From: Eubacteriales bacterium
GTDB taxonomy: Bacteria > Bacillota > Clostridia > Oscillospirales > CAG-272
Length of the DNA: 64,000 nt
Assembly (NCBI GenBank): GCA_045597145.1
Contig: JAZODU010000042.1
Coordinates: 11,166-75,165, forward strand
Direction: 5' to 3'
Part shown: positions 32,713 through 41,252 of the stretch, piece after piece
Numbering within the stretch: the first letter of the stretch is position 1
How the letters are laid out: each line of letters opens with the position of its first letter
Notes under the pieces: model-generated
Told to the model about the DNA's origin: nothing
Database searches by the model: none
What the model saw: only the letters and a program-made list of their open reading frames with translations
Program-made: the position numbers and the translations under genes

Positions 32713-33759
32713 TTATCCGTTTCGTTTCATTGTAAAGTAAATGCTTTGGTCGAATCTACGTTCGGGTTGTAATAAATCTTCTCCGTTGTTGAGAATGATG
32801 TTATATAATTCATCTTTCGTAATTAACGGCTTTGTTAATCTTGGATTAGCCATATACTTGTTTGTAATTGAGCCGTTTGCGGCGAACTCTTTGTCTGTTT
32901 GCAAATCAAAAGTCATCTGCTTATAAATATCTCTCAAACTAACCTTTCCGACACGACTTAATTCAAACAAGCACCGAGCAAGACGAGCCGTACATCTCAT
33001 TTGTCTTGTAATTTTTGTGTCTGCTTTATTATCCAAAAATAAACGAGTAAACGCCAAATCACTCCAAATGTATATATCGAACGCATTCTCTGCTAAAATC
33101 GGACTTTGACCTTTCGTTTTCCAAACGGGTTGCATAATCAACGGAGATTGAATATGCACAAACTCTTTCTCAAAAGTGTTTACACAATCTAATAAAGACG
33201 GAAATGCTGTAATAATTTCTGTTGAATTACTCCAATCACGAATTTTGATACAAGTATCTTCAAAAATATTTCTTATTTTATCAAATTCCTTTTCGCAAGC
33301 ACTTGCAATACCCAAAGCACAATAAGAGGTCGTTGCAGGACGAATCACAATTTCCGCCCCCCACTTATTCTCGTCCTTTTTACAACTTGCTTTGTCGGGG
33401 AGAACTGTAAGTTTTACTTCTAATGGGCGTAAGAAATCGCCGTTAAGATTTTTGACTACTAAATCTATATTGCCAATATCATCGTAGGCAAATTTAGAGT
33501 AAGGGGCGAATTTGCTTTCAAAAGAAAAATACAACTCTTTCGATGATGTTGTACCGCAATTATAGACTTCACTTATGTCAATTTCGCTTGTTTCGGTTTT
33601 CAGTTGCTCATTTAGATATATGTATATGGCTTTCTTGTTGGACTCTTTCATATAATTTGCAAGAGCAACGGGGAAACTTGAATTAAACATATTCTTGCCC
33701 CAAAAGCCTTTTTTATCACGATTCGAGTGTTCAATTCCAAATAAAGCAGGTTTTTTCAT
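32713..33759 (-). CDS. Type II restriction endonuclease, HindVP-like
   Basis: PALFGIEHSNRD, WGKNMFNSSFP, IDLV...LEVKLT (PD-D/ExK), QPERRFD recalled as HindVP/HgiDI family; AT-rich; paired with a C5 methyltransferase. Confidence 0.8.
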   Translation of the reverse strand: MKKPALFGIEHSNRDKKGFWGKNMFNSSFPVALANYMKESNKKAIYIYLNEQLKTETSEIDISEVYNCGTTSSKELYFSFESKFAPYSKFAYDDIGNIDLVVKNLNGDFLRPLEVKLTVLPDKASCKKDENKWGAEIVIRPATTSYCALGIASACEKEFDKIRNIFEDTCIKIRDWSNSTEIITAFPSLLDCVNTFEKEFVHIQSPLIMQPVWKTKGQSPILAENAFDIYIWSDLAFTRLFLDNKADTKITRQMRCTARLARCLFELSRVGKVSLRDIYKQMTFDLQTDKEFAANGSITNKYMANPRLTKPLITKDELYNIILNNGEDLLQPERRFDQSIYFTMKRNG

Positions 33760-33776
33760 AATATTTTTCCTTTGTT

Positions 33777-33872
33777 GACGTCAAACTATTGACGTCGCTG
33801 TTTTTTTGTGTTATAATGTGTAATAGAAAATTTATTGTATGATATTATACCATATTTTGTGTAAAAAGTAAA
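33777..33872. promoter_or_regulatory. Face-to-face promoters of the R-M genes containing GACGTC sites
   Basis: + strand: TTGACG (33789-33794)-17-TATAAT (33812-33817); - strand: TTTACT (33872-33867)-17-TATAAT (33849-33844). Confidence 0.7.
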
Positions 33873-33883
33873 GAGGTGTTGCT

Positions 33884-35077
33884 ATGAAACTTGTCGATTT
33901 ATTTGCAGGGTGCGGCGGAATGTCGTTAGGTTTTTCAAAAGCAGGATTCGATATTGTTGGTGCATACGAATTTTGGGATGTGGCGGTAAAATGTTACGGA
34001 AACAATTTCAATCACCCTGTTATTCAACAAGATTTATCAAATGTGGATGAGGCGGTGGAATCCATAAGACAACTTGCCCCTGATGTTATTATCGGCGGCC
34101 CTCCGTGTCAAGATTTTAGTCACGCCGGAAAAAGAATAGAGGCAGACAGAGCAAATTTGACCATTTCCTATGCAAAAATTATAAGTCGTATTAAACCCTC
34201 GTTTTTCGTAATGGAAAATGTAGATAGAATTACGGATAGTAGGACTTATGTAGAAGCACGACAAATATACAAAGATTCAAATTATGGTTTAACGGAAATC
34301 ATATTAGACGCTTCTTTGTGTGGTGTTCCCCAAAAAAGAAAAAGATTTTTCTGTATTGGCGGACTTGGGTTAGAAGATAATTTTTTGAAAGATTCTGTAT
34401 TGCAAGACCTTTCAAATAAGCCTATGACCCTTCGTGATTATTTCGGAGAGACCTTGGATTTTGAGTTTTATTATCGTCACCCTCGCAATTATAGCCGTCG
34501 TGCAGTGTTTTCCATAGATGAGCCTGCTCCTACAATGAGAGGTGTAAATCGCCCCGTACCGAAAGGATATATAGGACATCCAAATGATGCTTGCCCATTG
34601 AACGAAAACATTAGATGCTTAACAACTTTGGAGCGTGCCCTTATTCAAACATTTCCTGCCGATTATAAATGGGTTGGAAACAAGACAGATACTGAACAAA
34701 TGATCGGAAATGCTGTGCCTGTAAATTTAGCGTTTTATGTTGGAACACATTTGATGAATTATATTCAAAAACAAAATTCTGTTAATTCAAATATAGAACA
34801 GTTTTCCGGTTGGTTGAAAAACAATAAAAACTTTTCGGATAGAACAGTAAGAGATGTTCAGTCTCGCATAATGCGTGCAGACAAGTTGCAGTCGAGAGAT
34901 AATAATGATATGACATTGTATATCTATTATTTGGAACACAATCCTCAATATTTGCAGTTGTCATCTTCGGTTAAATCACAGATAAAAAGAGCGTTGAATT
35001 TGTTTGACGAGTTTATCAAAAACAAGAACGAAAGTGCGAGCATCGCATTTGACCAGTCAAATGCACATTGGGCATAG
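33884..35077 (+). CDS. DNA (cytosine-5) methyltransferase with an extra C-terminal domain
   Basis: DLFAGCGG, GGPPCQDFS, ENV, QKRKR, IGNAVP motifs. Confidence 0.95.
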   Translation: MKLVDLFAGCGGMSLGFSKAGFDIVGAYEFWDVAVKCYGNNFNHPVIQQDLSNVDEAVESIRQLAPDVIIGGPPCQDFSHAGKRIEADRANLTISYAKIISRIKPSFFVMENVDRITDSRTYVEARQIYKDSNYGLTEIILDASLCGVPQKRKRFFCIGGLGLEDNFLKDSVLQDLSNKPMTLRDYFGETLDFEFYYRHPRNYSRRAVFSIDEPAPTMRGVNRPVPKGYIGHPNDACPLNENIRCLTTLERALIQTFPADYKWVGNKTDTEQMIGNAVPVNLAFYVGTHLMNYIQKQNSVNSNIEQFSGWLKNNKNFSDRTVRDVQSRIMRADKLQSRDNNDMTLYIYYLEHNPQYLQLSSSVKSQIKRALNLFDEFIKNKNESASIAFDQSNAHWA

Positions 35078-35089
35078 CCCAAACCCATA

Positions 35090-35128
35090 AAGCAAAAGGC
35101 AGACAGCTTTGGCTGTCTGCCTTTTGCT
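35090..35128. terminator. Bidirectional terminator
   Basis: AAGCAAAAGGCAGACAGC-tttg-GCTGTCTGCCTTTTGCTT between convergent genes. Confidence 0.85.
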
Positions 35129-35139
35129 TTTCTCCGTCA

Positions 35140-35257
35140 AGAATATCACGCTATCGCGTGCCCTTTGGTGGCAGGTATAACCCATGCGGTGAGTTTTTTG
35201 AAGAGAAGTGCGGTTCTAACTTCATTTGGAAAAGTTTTCTCCCCCGACGCATCCCCC
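35140..35257 (-). repeat. Degenerate family A repeat downstream of rbsK
   Basis: Minus strand GGGGATGCGTCGGGGGAGAAAACTTT...CTCTTCAAAAAACTCACC...TGGG...CCTGCC...CACGC-gata-GCGTG. Confidence 0.6.
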
Positions 35258-35272
35258 TCGTATCTCGCTCCC

Positions 35273-36199
35273 TTAAAATACCATCTTGTTATTCTTCAAA
35301 AACGCCTCAACCTCGGCGGCGACGGGGATCGAGACACCGGCACCGGGGCGGCTGACGGTGATCGCGGAGACGGCGGAGGCGTAGGAGACGGCATCGGTCA
35401 TGGAGAGCCCCTCGCAAAGAGATTTGCAGAGTCCGCCGATAAAGCTGTCGCCCGCGGCGGTGGTGTCAACGACCTTGACGGGGTAGGTTCCCGCGTAGCG
35501 CACCGCGCCGTTTTCGGTGTAGGCACAGCCGCGCTTGCCGAGCGTGATCAACGCGTCGGCGCAGCCGAGCGCACGCAGCGCCGCGAGTGCCTTTTCGGCC
35601 GTGGCGTTGTCGTCGGGCGAGATGCCCGTGAGCCGCTCGGTTTCAAACTCGTTCGGGATAATCAGGTCGACGTTTTTGAACAGCTCGGGGTCGGCGGACT
35701 TGACGGGCGCGGGGTTGAGAACGACGCGCTTGCCGTGCTTTTTCGCCATACGTGCTGCAAATAACACCGATTCCATGGGGATTTCGTACTGCAAGACCAC
35801 GAAATCCGCCCAGTCGAACAGAGACTCCTTTTCGGCGATGACGTCGGGCGTGACGCAGACGTTGGCACCAATGTCGAGAATGATATGGTTGTCGCCGCCG
35901 CAGATCGTGATCACAGCCGCGCCCGTGGGAGCGTTGACCGTGAGGACGTCGGCGGTGTCGATGCCGAAGGCTTGCAGGTTTTTGACGGCGAGCTCGCCCG
36001 AAAGGTCCTTGCCGACCGCGCCCAGCATCTTGACGCTGCAGCCCGTCTTGGCAAGTGCCATTGCCTGATTGGCGCCCTTGCCGCCGAAATTCATCGCAAA
36101 ATCACTGCCCGTCAGGGTCTCTCCGAGCTTGGGCAGACGCTCGGTGTGGATCACGTAATCGACGTTGATGCTGCCGATCACAAGAATATTTTTGCTCAT
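35273..36199 (-). CDS. rbsK: Ribokinase
   Basis: GSINVD, GGKGANQA, NPAP, PNEFE, DTTAAGDSF. Confidence 0.9.
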   Translation of the reverse strand: MSKNILVIGSINVDYVIHTERLPKLGETLTGSDFAMNFGGKGANQAMALAKTGCSVKMLGAVGKDLSGELAVKNLQAFGIDTADVLTVNAPTGAAVITICGGDNHIILDIGANVCVTPDVIAEKESLFDWADFVVLQYEIPMESVLFAARMAKKHGKRVVLNPAPVKSADPELFKNVDLIIPNEFETERLTGISPDDNATAEKALAALRALGCADALITLGKRGCAYTENGAVRYAGTYPVKVVDTTAAGDSFIGGLCKSLCEGLSMTDAVSYASAVSAITVSRPGAGVSIPVAAEVEAFLKNNKMVF

Positions 36200-36237
36200 A
36201 AAAAGCTCCATTTTTGCAATACGTAGTGCGTTTTTTG

Positions 36238-37137
36238 TCAATTTTGGATCAGTTTTTGGAACAGATCGTTATAAATGCGGTCGCGGTTGAGGCGGCGCAC
36301 ATAGAGGTAGTGCGGGCGCGCGTTATCGAATGCGTAGAGGCAGTCGCTCGTGACGAAGGGGCGCGGGATCTCAACCGTGTCGCAGAACTGCGGGCAGATG
36401 AGTGCCGCCGCCGCGGTCACGTCCCAGATGATGCGACCCGCCACGGGGGTGGGGTAGGTTGCGCACTCCTCGGCGACGTTGTCCACGAGGTAGTCGCACA
36501 GCGCGTTTTTGCCGCTCAGATGGTACTTCAATTCGGGAACCGAGGTGACGAACTCGGTGCAAACCCCGGCGCAGGGGACCTGGAGCAGCGGAATGCCGCT
36601 GTCAAAGACGACCTGCGCGGCGGGAATGTCCTGCTTCAGGTTGAATTCCTTGGTGTGGGGGTGGTGGAGAGCCGTGCCGCCCAGCCAGATCACAGCGGTC
36701 TTTTGGGCGAGGTCGGGGCACTTGATCAGCGCGGAGGCGACGTTCGTGATCGCGCCGATGGCGATGACGATCACGGGCTCGGTGCTGCTCTCGACCGTGT
36801 TGATGATGTTGTCGGCCGCGTCGGATTCGACGGGCGTTTTTTTGTTGGGCAGGAAGGCGTTGGAGCCGCGATAGACAGGAATGTCGGCGCGCGGATCGAC
36901 CAGCTTCATGACCTTGAAGATCTCTTGGTAGCTCTTTTCCATGCCGTCGCCCGCGTCGGTGGCGCGGCTGTTGAGGAAGGGGGCGGCGTTGATGGAGAGC
37001 AGATTGATCTTTTCCTTGGCGCTCATGCAGTAGGCGATGCAGAATTGGTCGTCGACCTCGTTATAGGCATCGGTATCAAGAATGACGTTGACGGGCTTGT
37101 CGGAGCGCAACAACGCCTTGAAATCTTGCAGGTTCAT
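36238..37137 (-). CDS. Nucleoside hydrolase (IU-NH family)
   Basis: ILDTDAYNEVDDQ, GAITNVA, EFNL, IWDV. Confidence 0.88.
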   Translation of the reverse strand: MNLQDFKALLRSDKPVNVILDTDAYNEVDDQFCIAYCMSAKEKINLLSINAAPFLNSRATDAGDGMEKSYQEIFKVMKLVDPRADIPVYRGSNAFLPNKKTPVESDAADNIINTVESSTEPVIVIAIGAITNVASALIKCPDLAQKTAVIWLGGTALHHPHTKEFNLKQDIPAAQVVFDSGIPLLQVPCAGVCTEFVTSVPELKYHLSGKNALCDYLVDNVAEECATYPTPVAGRIIWDVTAAAALICPQFCDTVEIPRPFVTSDCLYAFDNARPHYLYVRRLNRDRIYNDLFQKLIQN

Positions 37138-37170
37138 GGCAGATTTCCTTTCGCTTTGGAATTTGATTTT

Positions 37171-37247
37171 ATGATAGCATATTTTGTGTTTTTTGTCAAT
37201 AGACGAAAATGTGCACGTGACAAAGCGAAAATGTGCACGCGACAAAG
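37171..37247 (-). promoter_or_regulatory. Promoter plus tandem 22-bp direct repeat (probable AraC operator)
   Basis: TTGACA-17-TATCAT; CGAAAATGTGCACG[TC]GACAAAG twice at 37204-37247, just upstream of the -35. Confidence 0.7.
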
Positions 37248-37422
37248 CTTTTTGGCAAATGCGCAGATGCGTGTGGCGGGGAAACCCATAAAAAATCGAA
37301 TTTGCTCGTATTCTTGCCAATGAGAGGGGGCGCGTAGCGGTGGGGGAACAGCGACAAGCATATGGCGCTATGTAGCATTCTTTTCGCCGAAAACGCATCA
37401 CGTATGCGCAAAAACGCGTTTT

Positions 37423-38379
37423 TTAGGAGCTTTGACGCTGATGGTTGATGTAGTCCGATGGGAGGACGCCCACGTATTTTTTGAACATGTGGCTGAAGTG
37501 GTTCTGGTTGTTAAAGCCGCATTTGGACGCGATCTCGGCAATGGTGTTGAAATTGCCCAGCTCGATGAAATCCTTGGATTTTTGAATACGGTAGATGTTG
37601 AGGTAGTCCTTGAAGGTCTTGTCAAAGCACTTTTTGAACAAACGGCAGAAATGCTCGGTGCTGTACTGGAAGTAGGCGGCGATGTCGGTGGTGGAGATAT
37701 CCTCGTCCAGATGATCCTCGATGTAGGCGCTGACACGCGTCATAAAGTCGAACATATAGGACGTGTTGCCGATCTGCGCGCGGCAGAGCCCGCCCGAGAC
37801 GGCGATCGAATAGATGCGCATGAGCTCGGCAAAGACCGCGACCGTCCAGCCCGACGGTTGGGCTTCAAAGAGCGAGGTGATGCGGTCGACGCTCTCGCGG
37901 AGCGCGGCGGCAGCGGGGTGGCTTGCGGGGATCTTGTTTTCAAAGCAGACGCTTTTCAGATCTGCAAAAAAGCGGTCGTTTCCGCTCTCGGCGGGGAAGA
38001 TGTGATAGGGGTGGAACATCACGCAGCTGCGCGAAAACTCCACGCCGGCATCCGAAAGATAGGTGCCGTGCGCCTCAAAGGCGTTGATGATGAGCACGTC
38101 GTCCTTTTCCACGGTCAGGGGGCGGTTGTTGATGACGACCTTGGCGCTTCCCGAGCGGATGCGGAAGATCTCGATGCCCTCGTGGTAGTGGTAGCCCGAA
38201 AAAACGTACTCGGCACCCAGAATATCCGTAACGGATTTGAGCATGGTGCGCGCAATGGGACGGTAGACCGCGTCCATGCAATAGGTCTGCTTGCGTGCGC
38301 CCTGTGAAAGCTCGTCCATGACGATGCTGACGGGCGGAACGGCGAAGAGGTCGGCACTGCCGACAGAAGTGGTTCTCAT
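37423..38379 (-). CDS. AraC-family regulator
   Basis: HYHEGIE cupin; HFCRLFKK, YLNIYRI, GFNNQNHFSHMFKK. Confidence 0.92.
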   Translation of the reverse strand: MRTTSVGSADLFAVPPVSIVMDELSQGARKQTYCMDAVYRPIARTMLKSVTDILGAEYVFSGYHYHEGIEIFRIRSGSAKVVINNRPLTVEKDDVLIINAFEAHGTYLSDAGVEFSRSCVMFHPYHIFPAESGNDRFFADLKSVCFENKIPASHPAAAALRESVDRITSLFEAQPSGWTVAVFAELMRIYSIAVSGGLCRAQIGNTSYMFDFMTRVSAYIEDHLDEDISTTDIAAYFQYSTEHFCRLFKKCFDKTFKDYLNIYRIQKSKDFIELGNFNTIAEIASKCGFNNQNHFSHMFKKYVGVLPSDYINHQRQSS

Positions 38380-38696
38380 CGCTTGCCTCCTTGGTTTTTC
38401 TGTACTTTATATATTTTAACACGATATATATGTAAAGTCAAGTAGAAAAAACAAAAAATATCAATTTTAGGGCAAAAGATATCAATTTACTTATAGACAG
38501 TTCCTTGTAAAAATGATACAATAAACTGAATCATTTTCTGCTTTGTTTGGGCGTTTTGTTTACTTTTTGTTCGATTTTTGGTTAAAACGAACAAAAAAAG
38601 AGCCGGAAACGGCTTTTTCGAAGCGACAAACCCTGCCGTATTTGTTGGATATCTACAAAAACGGGCGCAAAATTCAGAGGAGAGGAGAGCACGGCT

Positions 38697-41186
38697 GTGA
38701 AAACGAGATGGATCTGCTTGCTGCTGACCCTTGCTATGCTTCCGGTTTTCCTGGCGGGCTGCAACACGCCCGAAAAGGAGCCCGCGACCACGCAAAAAAA
38801 CTCGGATTGGGGTGCACCGCTGCCCGCGGGCGCGCTCGCGCTCGTGCACAAGGGCAAGGCGAATTTTACGGTGGTCTACAGCTGTATGAGCGCGCAAAGG
38901 CAGGTTTTTGCAAACGAGATCGCCGACCGCATCGAAGAGGTGACGGGTGTGCAGTTTCCCGTGGAGATCGATCTCAAATCCCAAAACGGACACGAGCACG
39001 AGATCCGCGTCGGCAAGATCAGCCGCATGGGCGCGCTGGAGCTTTACGATTCCTGGAGCAGCCTTGGAAAGACCGATTATGCCGTGGCAGTCAAGGGCGG
39101 TCACATCTACCTTTACGGCACGACCGAGGCGGCACTGGAAAACGCGGTTGCGTATTTTCTTGACCGCATGCCGATGCTTGACAAGGCATGGGCGGCAGTG
39201 GACGGAACCGAATTTGAGCGCGCGGTGCTTGAGGGCGACCGACCGACGGTTGCTTTTGACAGCTTTGACGGCACGTACGCTACCTTCGCGCTCAACGCGG
39301 ATGAGGTGAACGAGAGCGAGATGCGCATCAGCCTGACCCCGAACACAGGCTGGCGGATCCGGACCGGAACGGCGCAGGACGCCGATTACAGGGACATGGG
39401 CGCGGCGCAGGGGTTTTGCTCAACCATTACGAGGAAATGAACCTGAATCTCGGGGACATGACAAAAAAGGCGGAGACCGACACGTGGCGCGCCGAGGTCT
39501 ACGACGCTTCCATTGATTGCTACGTGTTTGCCACCGACCGCATGAGTGATGCGATTACAGCCTACACCGATCTCTCGGGGCATGCAGAGATGCCCGAGGA
39601 ATGGATCTACGGCATGCTGATCTGCCGCATCAACCCCGATCTCTCGCAGCTTTGGAGCGAGAAAATCACCAACAAAACCGAGGCGAGCGAGGGTCGTGTG
39701 CCCGTAGGCGCGTACGACATGATCGCTTACATGGAAGCCTATGATCTTCCGTGGACGGGACTGATCCTTGAGGCGTGGGGCGGTGTTTCCGCGTTAGGCA
39801 AGATACAGGACCTCAAGGAGCTGTGCGATTACGTGTACAGCCTTGGCAAAAAGGTGCTGCTTTACATGCGCGTGGGACACGTGCCTGATGGCTTTGGGGG
39901 ACGATTATCTGCTCGAGATGGTCACTCCGAGCGGTGAGACCACAACAAAGCTTCCTGCGGCGGATTCCCTTAATCCCGACAACTGTAATCACGAAGCAAC
40001 GCGGGCGTTTACGTATATCGACATCACCAATCCCGAGGCGTGTGAATGGTTTTTCGAAAATCTCTGGTATCGTTGCGCCAACGAGATTGGCGTGGACGGC
40101 TGCAAGATCGACTTCTGCGAGGAGCTTCCCGAATACTATGAACTGAACTATTACGACGACGAGATGCCCACTGCGGGCTCTCACCACTGGTATCCCACCG
40201 CATTCTGTGCGAAATTCTGGGAGATGATCTCCGCAAAGCCAGACGGCGGTATGTGCTACACGCGCGGCGGCGGACTTGGCTCTCAGCGTGCCCCCTATAT
40301 GTGGGCGGGCGACCAGACGCGCAGATACAGCTCGCTGCAATGGCAGCTCAACGCGGTGCTGTCCTCGGTGCTGTCGGGCGTGCCCTTTATGAGCTACGAC
40401 ATGTCGGGCTATCAGTACGGAAACGACTATGATGGCATCAAGGTGCGCGACCCCGCCTTCGAGGCGCAGGTCTTTATCCGCGGATTGCAATTCACGGCGT
40501 TCACGCCCTGTATGCAAACGCACGGCAAGGTGCGCAACGTGTTTGAGTTCGCCGCGGGCGACGTCAAGGGAACCAAGCTTTACTACTGCGAGGCAACCGA
40601 GACCTACACCACCGAGCAATATTCCACGGTGGACGGCGCGCGTGTGACCAACACGTTTTCCAAGCGGATCCCCACGACCGCCGGGGGCTTTGACCCCAAG
40701 ACGGGCGAGGCGATCGGTACCGACTACGTTTACGAGGTCGAACCGGGCTCGATGACCTACGTTGTGGATATCTATCGCGCGTACGTCAAGCTGCACGAGT
40801 TGCTCACACCCTACATTACCGAATACAGCGCGATCGCGTGCGAGAGCGGCATGCCCCTGATGCGGCATCTGGCACTGATGTGGCAGGACGACCCCGTGGC
40901 GCGTGATATTGAGGACGCGTACATGTTTGGCGACGCATTCCTCGTAGTGCCCGTCCCGGACGACGGAAATGCGCGCGACATTTATCTGCCCGAGGGGCGT
41001 TGGCTGGATCTGAACACGGGCGAGGAGCTCGCGGGTGGCGGGTGGCTGACGGATTATGCGGCATCCTTGACGGCACTCCCCGTTTTCTACAATATGGATA
41101 CGACGTCTGCCACCGCGCAGGTGCTGCTCCCGGGAATCGCGGAGATCTTCGCTCACGCGAGCGTGATCGGCGCGACGCTCCCGTAA
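38697..41186 (+). pseudogene. GH31 lipoprotein paralogue 1, frameshifted with internal deletion
   Basis: Three ORFs (38697-39440, 39416-39937, 39843-41186) are collinear with the intact paralogues; DGCKIDFCE and WAGDQ present. Confidence 0.8.
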
Positions 41187-41252
41187 ACACGGACTTCACC
41201 GAAAGGCATTATATAAAAGGAGACAAACCCAATCGATAATGGAGGAAATTGA

